A stretch of 64,000 nucleotides of DNA from an uncultured Methylomirabilota bacterium. Lineage in GTDB: Bacteria; Methylomirabilota; Methylomirabilia; Methylomirabilales; 2-02-FULL-66-22. Below are positions 30,339 to 42,967 of the stretch, one piece after another. Within the stretch, counting starts at the first letter, position 1, and every line of letters begins with the position of its first letter. The translations under genes were made by a program, and so were the position numbers. The DNA is taken from NCBI GenBank assembly GCA_963845565.1, contig CAWJSJ010000001.1, positions 192,001-256,000 on the forward strand, in the 5' to 3' direction. The notes under the pieces were generated by a model. It saw nothing but the letters and a program-made list of their open reading frames with translations, was not told the origin of the DNA and made no database searches.

Positions 30339-31409
30339 GTGAACTTCCAACAACGAAGTGCGGAAGGACGAAAGGATCGACGTGCACCAACCGCGACACT
30401 CCGGTCTGCCAAGTCCATGTGGAAACGGATCGTGTCCCGCTATGAGAAGCCGTCCCTGAGCCGCAGCGTGTGGCAGGCGGCGAACACGTTCGTCTCCTAC
30501 GGGGTTCTGTGGTATCTGATGCAGCGAAGCGTGGCGATTTCCCCCTGGATCACGCTGGCCCTGGCGCTCGTTGCCGCGGGTTTTCTGGTGCGCCTCTTTA
30601 TCATCTTTCATGACTGCGGCCACGGGTCGTTTTTCCAGTCACGGAAGGCCAACGACACTCTGGGCGTGATCACCGGGATCCTGACCTTCACACCCTACTA
30701 CCAGTGGCGGCACAAACATGCCATTCACCACGCCACCTCCAGCGACCTGGACCGGCGCGGCACCGGCGATGTCTGGACCATGACGGTGCGAGAGTACCTC
30801 GATGCCTCTGGCTGGCGGCGTTTTGCCTATCGGCTAACACGCAACCCTCTGGTGTTGTTCGGCATTGCCCCGCTCCTCTTGCTGGTGTTCGGACAGCGGT
30901 TCCCGTGGCGAAAGGCAGACCGACGAGAGCGCACCAACGTCCTGTGGACGAATCTGGCAATCCTCGGGATGGCCGCGCTGCTCACCTGGTGGATGGGCCT
31001 CAAGGCGTACCTGATGATCCAATTGACGGTCCTGATGATCGCAGGTTCCGTCGGGGTGTGGTTGTTCTACGTACAGCATCAGTTCGAGACCACCTATTGG
31101 GAGCGGCGCGGTCAATGGGACTTCGTGACGGCGGCCATCCGGGGGAGTTCCTTTTACAAGCTTCCCAGGGTGTTGCAATGGTTCACGGGCAACATCGGAT
31201 TCCATCACGTCCATCACCTGAGCCCGGGGATCCCCAACTATAATCTGGAGAAGTGCCACAAAGCGGATCCGCTCTTTCAGGACGTCGAGCATGTCACGCT
31301 ACTCTCCAGCCTGAGATCTCTTACCTACCGCCTGTGGGATGAACAGCGACAGAAATGGGTCGGCTACGGTCACGTGAGAGCGCTGCGCCGCGGATGGCCA
31401 ACCGGCTGA
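30339..31409 (+). CDS. Membrane fatty acid desaturase (Bacillus Des-like)
   Basis: His boxes HDCGH, HAIHH, HHVHH; FYVQHQFE. Confidence 0.92.
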   Translation: MNFQQRSAEGRKDRRAPTATLRSAKSMWKRIVSRYEKPSLSRSVWQAANTFVSYGVLWYLMQRSVAISPWITLALALVAAGFLVRLFIIFHDCGHGSFFQSRKANDTLGVITGILTFTPYYQWRHKHAIHHATSSDLDRRGTGDVWTMTVREYLDASGWRRFAYRLTRNPLVLFGIAPLLLLVFGQRFPWRKADRRERTNVLWTNLAILGMAALLTWWMGLKAYLMIQLTVLMIAGSVGVWLFYVQHQFETTYWERRGQWDFVTAAIRGSSFYKLPRVLQWFTGNIGFHHVHHLSPGIPNYNLEKCHKADPLFQDVEHVTLLSSLRSLTYRLWDEQRQKWVGYGHVRALRRGWPTG

Positions 31410-31661
31410 ATCCGAACGGCCTCTGCACTGGTCGCGGAACCCGTCCGTACGTGAGGGGCGCGAACGCGGCGAAGATCCCTTTGCGCTGTGCACGCTCATC
31501 CGCGCGATGGCTGACGCCCCCGTCATCGAAGGCGCAAGGAACCGTGGGGAACAACGAGGGAAAGGACGCGCAGATTCCAAACCAATCTGAGGAGCGTGAT
31601 CGCGCGGGAAGTCAGGTCGCGGCACGTTGATCCGGTGGTGATCGGTTGAAAGGAGGAGGTC

Positions 31662-31832
31662 ATGGACGTCAATTTCTGGTTGGGAATTCTCATTGGGCTC
31701 ATTGTCGGGGGCGGGGCGGTCTGGTACTTCAAGGTGCGTTCACTCCAGGGGTCCGTCATCACGATGACCGGCGAATACCGGACCGCCGAGAAGGGACGAA
31801 AGGACCTCGAGGCGAAGAGCAGGCAGCACTGA
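31662..31832 (+). CDS. Small single-TM protein (56 aa)
   Basis: AGGAGGAGGT RBS; MDVNFWLGILIGLIVGGGAVWYFKVR... Confidence 0.6.
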   Translation: MDVNFWLGILIGLIVGGGAVWYFKVRSLQGSVITMTGEYRTAEKGRKDLEAKSRQH

Positions 31833-32161
31833 ATCAGTGCGGGATGGTTGAGACCAAGCCCCGACCCTAGACGGGGGATACTCGCGTGTGAGAATGTGGA
31901 CACGAGAGGTGAGTTGCAGAGGTCCACGGCGCTGGTCGGGGGGAAGCCGTGCGTGATCCAAGTCGGCCAATCCCCTCGTCAGAGCCGCCGAACCCCTCGC
32001 TGCGGCGGATGCGCGTCGCTCGCCCCAAGAGGCGAACGATGAGCGTAGCTTCCACCAGAGGGATGAAGGCGGGTGTTGAAACAGCAGGCGAGGTCCAGAT
32101 CCGCCGCTGGGTGAGTCCGAAGCACTCTGGCCCGAGCGACCCCACTATGTGTCACTTCCCC

Positions 32162-32312
32162 CTCCGACCCCTCGGAGCCGCTCCGAGATCTCAGGCGGTT
32201 TCCGCCCAAGCCTTCACGGGGCTTCCTCGGCAGCCACTTCGCTAACCCTCCGGTTCGTCAGTGCGAAGACCGCGTCGGACCCCTCGCCGCGTGGGGTGGA
32301 TCTGGTGTTGCA
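32162..32312 (+). promoter_or_regulatory. sigma54 cassette 6
   Basis: CTCCGACCCCTCGGAG-ccgc-TCCGAGATCTCAGG; TAACCCTCCGGTT (32243); TGGATCTGGTGTTGCA (32297). Confidence 0.88.
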
Positions 32313-32406
32313 TAGGCATGGGAGAGAGGACGCCGACCGGAGGGAGCGAGGGGCGCGGGTCCCGCGAGGTGCCGAGGCGTGAGGTTGTCGGAGGGAGGTG
32401 GGGGTC

Positions 32407-32487
32407 ATGGAAACCGTGTTGATCATTGTGCTCGTGTTGTTTGTGCTCGGTGGAGGGGGTTGGGGCTACTCGCGGTGGCGCCGGTAG
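32407..32487 (+). CDS. 26-aa membrane microprotein
   Basis: METVLIIVLVLFVLGGGGWGYSRWRR; GGAGGT RBS; paralog at 62885. Confidence 0.8.
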   Translation: METVLIIVLVLFVLGGGGWGYSRWRR

Positions 32488-32634
32488 CGCGCGGGGCCCC
32501 GTGCCGGGCCCCGAGGCACTGTCTTGCTTTCACGGTCCGGCCACGAGCGGCCACCCGAGCGCATGGGGTGCCCCGAGGGTGCCGCGTGCTGGGACGGACC
32601 ATCAGACACAGAAACCAGCAGCAGGAGGAATCTC

Positions 32635-32814
32635 ATGAAAGCCAGCACGAAGGACCAGGCGGCAGGCAAGTTTCACGAGGTGAAGGGCAAGGTCAAAGAG
32701 ACGGCGGGACGCCTGACGAACAATCCCGACCTGGAAGCCGACGGCACTGCGGAAAAACTCGCCGGCAAAATGCAAGACAAGATCGGCCAAGTCGAGAAGG
32801 TTCTGGGGAAGTAG
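32635..32814 (+). CDS. CsbD-family stress protein
   Basis: GKFHEVKGKVKETAGRLTNNPDLEADGTAEKLAGKMQDKIG. Confidence 0.92.
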   Translation: MKASTKDQAAGKFHEVKGKVKETAGRLTNNPDLEADGTAEKLAGKMQDKIGQVEKVLGK

Positions 32815-32933
32815 GCACGCGACGGAGCAACCGCCGGATCGCCCTCGGGGCCGCGGTTGGCGGTGGCGATCCGGAGCAGGAGCATTCAGCAGATGGCGCG
32901 GAGGACTGCACATCGCAAGACGGGAGGAGAGAC

Positions 32934-33740
32934 ATGAAGCGCTTTGTCGTAGCAACCGTGGGATTCGTTGTCGGCGTCGGTTTGTTGTGGGGCTGCGCCT
33001 CCATGCAAACCTGGCCCGCGAGTGAACGGAGCGCAGAGAACAAGATGGCGCTCATCCAGGAAGAGATTGGGGACGGGCTGAAAACCGGCGCGCTGACCCC
33101 CGATCAGTCCCAGAGTTTTCTGACGAAACTGAAGGTGATTCACACCGACTATACGGCACTGCGAGATAAACCGGTCTACCGGGAGGAATGGAACGGCCTG
33201 CAGGCCAGACTGGATGCACTCGGAGAGGACGTCAACAGGGCGCGTGCCCGGACCACCCGTCGGGACGACCCCCGCAATGGGGATCGGATCGTCGCCCTCC
33301 AGCGGCGCCTTGACGAGGGGCGCAGCGACGGGCGGCTGCCGCAGCCCGAGGGGCGCGACTTGCAGGCCCGCCTCGACACCATTCGGGGGGATTATTCCCG
33401 GATGACGGACGGCGGACGAACCATGTCGTACGAGGAGCAGGACCGCGTACAGGGCCGGTTGGTTGCCCTCGACGCAGATGTCACCAGGGCGCTGGCCCCG
33501 ACCGCCCGCCGGGACGACCCCCGCAATGGGGACCGGATTGTCGCCCTCCAGCGGCGGATTGATGATGGACGGAACAGCGGGCGCTTGCCACAGACAGAGG
33601 GGAGAGAACTACAGGCTCGACTCGATGGCATCCGGAGCGATTCTTCGCGGATGACGGACGGCGGCAGAGGCGCGACGTACGCGGAGCGCACGGACATCTC
33701 CCGTCGGCTGGATTCAGTGGAACGGGAACTCGATCGCTGA
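32934..33740 (+). CDS. Lipoprotein with an internal ~83-aa helical repeat
   Basis: LWGC lipobox; RRDDPRNGDRIVALQRR occurs twice, 249 nt apart. Confidence 0.8.
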   Translation: MKRFVVATVGFVVGVGLLWGCASMQTWPASERSAENKMALIQEEIGDGLKTGALTPDQSQSFLTKLKVIHTDYTALRDKPVYREEWNGLQARLDALGEDVNRARARTTRRDDPRNGDRIVALQRRLDEGRSDGRLPQPEGRDLQARLDTIRGDYSRMTDGGRTMSYEEQDRVQGRLVALDADVTRALAPTARRDDPRNGDRIVALQRRIDDGRNSGRLPQTEGRELQARLDGIRSDSSRMTDGGRGATYAERTDISRRLDSVERELDR

Positions 33741-33912
33741 GGGGAGCGGGTGCTGCGCGCGGGGCCGCCGCGGTCGTGTCTCGCTGAGGCGACGCCGCCC
33801 GGCCCCGCAACCTCGCCGTGATCCGCCACGGCCAGCGCGGGGAGCACCCGGGTGTCACGAGGAAGTACACCCGGGGATTCGCTACGGATAATCCGAACAG
33901 AGGAGGGCAGCC

Positions 33913-35832
<1,920 letters not shown>

Positions 35833-35945
35833 GCGGACCAGTGCCGGGGAGCGGTGGGCCGATCTCGGTGTGACACGGCCGCAGGTCTCGGAGGCGCCCG
35901 GCTCCGATGGTCGCCGCCCGGCCGAGACGCAACAAGGAGGGCACG

Positions 35946-36749
35946 ATGCTACGGAGTATGAAGAAAGAGCTCAAGGGGTTCACGATCGGCGCGACCGATG
36001 GGGACATCGGCACGGTCATGGAATGCTATTTCGACGATGCGAGCTTCACGGTCCGGCATCTGGTGGTCGACGCTGGGAGTTGGCTGAGCGAGCGCAAGGT
36101 CCTCATCTCGCCGCAGGCCCTCCGGGACGTTGATTGGGTCGGCATGCGTATCTACGCGGCATTGACCAAGGCCCAGGTGGAGCAGAGCCCGGCAATCGAC
36201 ACCGACCGGCCGGTCTCGCGCCAGCACGAGATCGCGTACTACGACTACTACGGGTATCCGTATTATTGGGCGGGCCCGTACCTGTGGGGTGCCGATCCCT
36301 ATCCCGTCCCGCGCGCGGGCCGGGCGATGAGCTTCGAGAACGAGCGGCGCTGGGACTGGGCCGGGGAGCGCGGGGATCCGCATCTCCGGAGCTCGGCCGC
36401 CGTGACCGGCTACCACATCGCTGCCACGGACGGCGCGATCGGGCATGTCGAGGACTTCCTCGTGGACGAGGCGACGTGGGCGATTCGCTACATGGTCGTG
36501 GATACGAGCAACTGGTGGTCCGGCAAGACGGTACTGGTGTCGCCGGAGTGGATCGCGCGCATAGACTGGAATGAGTCGAAGGTGCACGTCGATTTGACGC
36601 GCGAGCAGATCGAGAACAGCCCGGCGTTTGATCCCGCCGAATCGGTGCAGCGCGACTACGAGACGCAGCTTTTCGACCACTACGGCCGGCCCCGCTATTG
36701 GAATGACTTACGAGACGAGGCACCGTCGTCGCGCCGCCGCGCCGCCTGA
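35946..36749 (+). CDS. Tandem PRC-barrel protein
   Basis: Two ATDGxIG...Y/FxDD...VVD..W repeats; YYGYPYYW linker. Confidence 0.9.
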   Translation: MLRSMKKELKGFTIGATDGDIGTVMECYFDDASFTVRHLVVDAGSWLSERKVLISPQALRDVDWVGMRIYAALTKAQVEQSPAIDTDRPVSRQHEIAYYDYYGYPYYWAGPYLWGADPYPVPRAGRAMSFENERRWDWAGERGDPHLRSSAAVTGYHIAATDGAIGHVEDFLVDEATWAIRYMVVDTSNWWSGKTVLVSPEWIARIDWNESKVHVDLTREQIENSPAFDPAESVQRDYETQLFDHYGRPRYWNDLRDEAPSSRRRAA

Positions 36750-36840
36750 ACGACCGGCGCCAAGCCGCCGGCGGTCCAGACCGGCTCAGGGATCGACCGC
36801 GGGCGCGGCCGGGCGGCGCCCGCGAAGGAGGCGGAATCGC

Positions 36841-37230
36841 ATGAGGACTCGCCTTTACATTTGCTCCTTTCTCATCAGCGTGACGCTGGTTTCCCCGGGG
36901 GCCGTCGTCGTGGCAGCGGAGCCCACGGTGGCCTGCCGTACTCTCGCCTCACGTTTCGGGACGGCTGTGGCCGAACTTGACGCGAAATCTCTTGTCAATC
37001 TGGGGATTTGCGTTGCGGTCGAACTTGGGGAGCGCGCGGGCGCTGCAGAACCTCCAGCGTTAGCTCCGGGAGATACCGCCTCTCCATCTTTCCCTCCAGC
37101 GGTCGGTACCCCTTCTGAGGCGCCTATCGAAAGCAGCCTCTCGCCACCGCGAGGCAAGTATGGCGAATGGCATCCGTCGGCACTGTGGCGAGAAACGTGG
37201 CCCGAGCCAGGTCCTTGGGAAGGACGGTAG
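36841..37230 (+). CDS. Hypothetical secreted protein
   Basis: AGGAGG RBS, signal-like N-terminus, abuts the next gene. Confidence 0.55.
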   Translation: MRTRLYICSFLISVTLVSPGAVVVAAEPTVACRTLASRFGTAVAELDAKSLVNLGICVAVELGERAGAAEPPALAPGDTASPSFPPAVGTPSEAPIESSLSPPRGKYGEWHPSALWRETWPEPGPWEGR

Positions 37231-38721
37231 ATGACAAGTCCACGCCTCCTGGTGACGTTCGCCGGAATGCTCTTCTGGTGCACCGCGGCCCTCGCGCAGG
37301 TCCCGGCCGGACCCCCCGCCAAACCCGCAGCCCCCTCGGACCGGGCCGGCTATGCCCTGCCCGACGGCACCGGCACGAAATGGACGGGCGACCTGGATGG
37401 GATGATCAAGCGCCGCCAAATCCGAATCCTGGTCCCCTACTCGAAGACGCTCTACTTCGTCGATCGAGGGACGCAGCGAGGGATGGTCTATGAGATCGGC
37501 CGGCAGTTCGAGGACGATCTAAACAAACGACTGAAGGCAAAGACTAAGCGGGTTCGCGTGGAGTTCGTGCCCGTCGCCCGTGACCAGATCATCCCGGCCC
37601 TTCGGGAGGGGCGCGGGGACATCGCCATGGCCAACCTGACGATCACGCGCGAACGCCTGGCGCTGGTGGACTTCTCCAATCCCGTCGAGCGCAACGTGAC
37701 CGAGATCGTGGTCACCGGCCCAGAGGCCGAGCCGTTCGCCATGGTGGCGGACCTGTCCGGGAAAGAGGTCTACCTCCGCCAGTCCTCCAGCTTCTACGAG
37801 AGCATCGCGCAGCTCAACGCCGAATTCGCCAAGGCGAAGAAGGCGCCGGTGAGGGTGCGCCTGGCGCCCGAGAACCTCGAGATCGAGGACATCCTGGAGA
37901 TGGTGAACGCCGGCCTGGTCCCGGCGACCATCGCCGACGATCATATCGCCGCTTTCTGGAAGCAGATCTTCCCCAAGCTCACGCTCCACAAGGACGTCGC
38001 GGTTCGGACCGGCGGGGAGATCGGGTGGATGCTCCGGAAGGACTGTCCCAAGCTCAAGACCGCGTTGAACGCCATGTTGGCCCGCTATCCCGAGGGCTCG
38101 GCCCGGCGGAATCAGCTGTTCCAGACGTACCTGAAGAGCACCAAGTGGGCGACGGCGGGAACCTCCAGGGAGGAAATTGCCAAGTTCGAACGCTTGGTCG
38201 CATTCTTCCGCAAGTACGGGGAAAAGTACGACATGGACCACCTCCTGATGATGGCACAGGGCTATCAGGAATCCCAGTTTGACCAAGAGGCCAAGAGTCC
38301 GGTCGGGGCCATCGGCGTGATGCAAGTGATGCCGGCGACCGGCAAGGAAATGGACGTGGGCGATATCACCCGTCTCGAGCCCAACATCAACGCTGGGGTC
38401 AAATACATGCGCTTCATGATGGACCAGTTTTACGCCAACGAGCCGATGGATGCGCTCAACAAGGGCCTCTTCACCTTCGCCTCGTACAACGCCGGGCCGG
38501 GGCGGATCCAGCAGCTCCGCAAGCAGGCCATCCAACGCGGGCTCGACCCCAATCTCTGGTTCAACAATGTGGAAGTGATCGTCTCCGAGAAGATCGGGCG
38601 CGAGACCGTGCAGTACGTGAGCAATATCTACAAGTACTACCTCGCCTTCCGGATGGGCGAGGAGGAGCGCGAGGCCCGGGCCAAGGCCAAGGACGCCGCC
38701 AAGCAAGAGGCGGGCACATAG
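37231..38721 (+). CDS. MltF-like lytic transglycosylase (substrate-binding domain plus SLT domain)
   Basis: GRGDIAMANLTIT, YQES, GAIGVMQVMP, SYNAGPG, ETVQYV. Confidence 0.9.
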   Translation: MTSPRLLVTFAGMLFWCTAALAQVPAGPPAKPAAPSDRAGYALPDGTGTKWTGDLDGMIKRRQIRILVPYSKTLYFVDRGTQRGMVYEIGRQFEDDLNKRLKAKTKRVRVEFVPVARDQIIPALREGRGDIAMANLTITRERLALVDFSNPVERNVTEIVVTGPEAEPFAMVADLSGKEVYLRQSSSFYESIAQLNAEFAKAKKAPVRVRLAPENLEIEDILEMVNAGLVPATIADDHIAAFWKQIFPKLTLHKDVAVRTGGEIGWMLRKDCPKLKTALNAMLARYPEGSARRNQLFQTYLKSTKWATAGTSREEIAKFERLVAFFRKYGEKYDMDHLLMMAQGYQESQFDQEAKSPVGAIGVMQVMPATGKEMDVGDITRLEPNINAGVKYMRFMMDQFYANEPMDALNKGLFTFASYNAGPGRIQQLRKQAIQRGLDPNLWFNNVEVIVSEKIGRETVQYVSNIYKYYLAFRMGEEEREARAKAKDAAKQEAGT

Positions 38722-38862
38722 CCCGGCGCTGGGGGACCGAATGAGGTCGGCAAACCCGCCCCGCCCGGTGGGCTCGCGCGGCGGCCGGTAGACGGATCGC
38801 CCCGCGGACCCCAGCAGCAAAATCCTGTCGCGTGGTCTCGCGGAAGTTTCGGGCAGAAGGAG

Positions 38863-39132
38863 ATGGGAATGAAACAAGACACCCTGACCCAGATCATGGC
38901 GTTCGCCCACTCTATCGCGCACTACCTTGGCACCTGGATCGTCGCCCTGATCCAAAGGATCCTCCCCATGACGAAGGAGCTCTCGACGCTCGCGGATCCG
39001 ATCGGCTACCTCGCGATCCTCTCGATCTTCGTGATCGTCACGGCGACCGCGAAGAAGGTGGCCATCGTCATCCTCCTCGTGGGATGGGTGCTGATCATCA
39101 TCAGGATCGTGCTCATGGCCCTGGGGGTCTAA
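38863..39132 (+). CDS. Small membrane protein
   Basis: Hydrophobic 89-aa ORF with AGGAG RBS. Confidence 0.7.
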   Translation: MGMKQDTLTQIMAFAHSIAHYLGTWIVALIQRILPMTKELSTLADPIGYLAILSIFVIVTATAKKVAIVILLVGWVLIIIRIVLMALGV

Positions 39133-39221
39133 TCCGGACGTGCGGAGTACTCCCGGTTCGTAACCAAGAGGGGAGCGACGGGGTTTCCTGGAGTGAAGGG
39201 AGATAGGGTTGTATGGATGCC

Positions 39222-40955
39222 ATGGGATCTCCGTACAAACGTTTGGTCATCGCCTCCTACCGCCTACCATTCAGGCGCTCCGAGAAGAACGGTCAAAAAA
39301 AGAGTAGAGCAATCCTCTGGGGGGTTGGTGTCTGCGCTGGTGGCCCTATCCCGCAACGCCGAAGCGGGTGAGCCCTATCACAATGTGGTATGGGTCGAAA
39401 AAGGGGACGAGGATCTTACCGAGGACATGCAGGCGGGGGAAACCGGGGTCAATTTCCGCCTGGTGCCGGTCGCAATCGAGGCCGGCCTCGACAAACAATT
39501 CTACGGCGGGTTCTGCAACGACCTCCTCTGGCCCCTGTTCCATTATTTTCCGTCACGCGCCGTGTTCCACGAACGCTACTTTGACGGCTACGTCGCGGCC
39601 AATGCCCTCTTCGCGGACAAGATCAAATCACTCGTCCAACCGGGCGACTTCATTTGGATCCACGACTACCATCTCTTTCTCTTACCAGCCCTGCTCCGGG
39701 AGGCGCTGTCGTCCGCCACGATCGGCTTTTTTCTGCACATCCCCTTCCCGACCTTCGAACTGTTCCGCATTCTGCCGCGGCCCTGGGGCGAAGCGCTCCT
39801 CACGGGGATGCTGGGATCCGATTTGATCGGCTTCCACGTCTACGATCACTGCCAATACTTTTTGCGATCCGTCTCCCGGTTCCTGGGGAGCGAGATCACC
39901 AGGAATACGGTGGCCGTGGAGGACCGTATCGTGCGCGTCGATGCCTATCCCATCGGCATCGATTATGAGAAATTCAGCACCGCGGCCGTTCGTTCGCCCG
40001 AGGTGGCAGCGGAGAAGACGAAAATCCTCAGTGACCTCAAGGACCAAAAGCTGATCTTTTCCGTAGACCGGTTGGATTATTCCAAAGGCCTTCTGGATCG
40101 TCTGGCCGGGTTCGAATACTTCCTGGATGCGTACCCGGAATGGATCGGGAGGACCGTGTTCAATATGGTCATTGTTCCGTCACGCGACACGATCGCTAGT
40201 TATCAAGAGATGAAGCACGAAATCGAAGCCGCCGTGGGGAGGATCAACGGAAAATACAGCACGATGGCCTGGCTTCCAATCCTCTACCAATACAAGTCCC
40301 TGTCGTTCGCCGGAGTTGGTGGCGCTCTACAGTCTGGGCGACGTTGGCCTGATTACCCCTATTCGCGACGGCATGAATTTGGTCGCCAAGGAATATATCG
40401 CGTGCGAAACCGCGGAGAAGGGCATGCTCATCCTCAGCGACACCGCCGGGGCATCCGCCGAGCTCAGTGAAGCCCTCTTGATTAATCCGACGGACAAACG
40501 GGAAGTTGCGGATGCGTTACACCGGGCGCTGACCATGCCGGCACGTGACCGGGGCATCCTGGTATCCCGGATGCAGAATCGGATCCGAAGATACTCGGTG
40601 TTTTCCTGGGCCGCGGATATCATCCAGAGCACGGCGGGCATCAAGCAGGAACAGGAACTGCGGAAAGTGAACCTGCTGACGATTCCCATTGAATCCCGGC
40701 TCGTCATGCAATACCGGCAGGCCGCGCGGCGGGTGATCTTCTTAGATTATGATGGGACGCTCGTTCCCTTTTCGAGAATCCCGGAATTGGCCATTCCGGA
40801 CGTACCGACCCTGCGCCACCTACACCTCCTGGCCAAAGATCCCAAGAATCGTGTGTTCATCATCAGCGGACGCGCCAAGGATTTCATGGAAGAGTGGCTC
40901 GGCGACCTCGATGTTTTTCTCTTCGCCGAACATGGCGCGTTTCAAAAGCCCCGGG
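39222..40955 (+). pseudogene. otsA: Bifunctional trehalose-6-phosphate synthase/phosphatase (OtsA-OtsB), frameshifted and 3'-truncated
   Basis: SSGGLV, LWPLFHY, WIHDYHL, FLHIPFP, VDRLDYSKG, DGMNLVAKEY, FLDYDGTL, SGR, AEHG. Similarity stops after AEHGAFQK. Frameshifts near 39290 and 40312. Confidence 0.88.
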
Positions 40956-41229
40956 CAGCGTCTCGGCGAGCCTACCCCCGCCCCCCAGCCGTTACCAGCG
41001 CCGCACGTTCGGATGTCTGGTGGGGAACGGCTCACGCGTCGTGTGTCGGTCCTCGGTCGATTCTCGGGCAACGCGCTTCCCATTCGCCAATCGTCGGGAA
41101 AGGTGACAGATTTCGCCACGACGGAAATGCGACCCCCCGACGCCTGTTCTGCCGTACGTGGTCGTAACCGTCGAGCGCCATTGGCAAGGCTGGATCAAGA
41201 GACCGGCTGTTATGGGTGTGCCGTGATCA

Positions 41230-41245
41230 CGGCACATTGTATGCT
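41230..41245 (+). promoter_or_regulatory. Possible canonical-type sigma54 box without the island enhancer
   Basis: CGGCACATTGTATGCT (GG-N10-GC) about 65 bp upstream of ORF 41312. Confidence 0.4.
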
Positions 41246-42492
41246 CCCTCATCCGGAGGAGTCGAGCGGGTCAGGCGTGGCAAGCGCAACAGGGAGGAAG
41301 GGGGTAGGGTGATGCATGCGGAGGTGAATCACGACAAGCTGAGGACCGCCTTTATTGCGGGGCGACTTGATGCCGCCAGTGAGCGGGGCGAGACGATTCC
41401 GGATGGCGTAGAGGTGCTCATGAGAATCGTGCTGGGCGAGGCCGATATCAACGTCTTAGCGCAGTACGCGAAGGTGCTGTTCCAGGAGACGGCGAAACCT
41501 GCCGTCTCGCCCATGGCATCGGTCCGGGAAGAACGAGGGGAGGTCCCCCGGAACGGCCAGGGTGTCGGCGGCGTCCCGGTCCCGCCGAGTCTCTTGAGGA
41601 CGTGAACGGACTGAACACCGCGTCGGTGGCACCGCGCTGCACGGAATCGAGGGCGGAGGCGATCCTCGGGGAACGCTGTCACGAGCGTCGGGAACCACGT
41701 CGGCACTCGGGGTGTCTCTAGCGCCTGCAATCGCTTGATCTCTTCTAGCACCTCAGCCTTGTTGATCACACCCTTTTTCTCTAAGACATTCAGCAGGGCT
41801 TCCAGTTGGAACGCTTGGGCGAGGACGACTTCTTCCAGTGGGACCGTCTGCCTACCGCCCAGGACCGTAGCCATCGTCACCTCCGTGGTGGTCCGCGTCG
41901 TATGCCTCCCGTTGGTGTATCAACTACGCCTCAACAAATCGGCGGAGGAACAATTCTCGCGTCACGGCGGTCGGTTGCGCCTCCAGGGTCGCCAGGAGTT
42001 CCGTGAGCCGGTCCACGGGAAGGTTGACCCGGTCCGCGAGTTCCATGAGCGCCAGGGCGTGCCGTTCGTCGGGGGCCGCGCTCGGGTCTCGGCCATCGCC
42101 GCGTGGATTTCTGCCAACAGATCGGCAGACACCTCCCCGGCCTCGACGGCTTCCGCGACGCGACGCAGCAACCACGTCTCGAAGGGCTCGGTTGGATCAG
42201 GCATGCGCGTCTTCCACCCCAGAACGGAGGTATCAATGACCAACATCCAAGAAGTAATCTTGGGAGCGCGTGATGGACTTGCCGCTGGCGCAGTCAAAGT
42301 TCCTGGACAGGATTATCCAACTTTGGCGACACATGCTGCAGATGCAACGCGGATGGGATCAATCAAGACAGCACGTTGAATGCCTGGATTGGCGTGAAGG
42401 TCCCCCCCAAATGACTATTATCCAGTCATCGTAGGTGGGTACCATTATCTTATATCTTCGCGGCGACGAAGCCTGCCTTACGCCAGATGGGC

Positions 42493-42967
42493 TCATCGAT
42501 CCGACGGCCTTACTCCAGGCCATGGGTTTCCCCGCGGCGCCGGTGGCGACCACACCTGGGGTGGCGCGGCCACAGCTTGGGCCGGACGTCGGGCCTTTGG
42601 CAGCGCCTGCGGCTGGCACGGCGGGCAGGTCGCTGCGGCCTTCACGTCCATCACTTGCTTCTTCAGCCCCTGGTTCTCTGCCCGCAGCGCGTCCAGCTCC
42701 TTGGTGGTGGCCTGCGACGCGGCGGGCTCTCGCTGTGCCTCTCTCGGCGCGGCCGTGGGGGCTGGCGGGGTGTGGAGTCCGGTCATCACCGCGCCACCGA
42801 GGACCGCCACCGTCAGCAGTGCCCCAGCCGGAACACCGAGCAGAAACAAGCGTCGGCTCCCGGCAGCGGTGGATTCCCAGGTGATGTACTCCACTTCGGT
42901 CGCATAGTACTCGCGGTATTCATAATGCCGGCGTCCAGCGGTTGGCCAACCACCCAAAGAGTCCCAT
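42493..42967 (-). CDS. TM-anchored coiled-coil protein, single-repeat paralog of 56533..57973; one frameshift near 42923
   Basis: YEYREYY...TM...ASQATTKELDALRAENQGLKKQVMDVKAAATCPPCQP. Confidence 0.7.
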
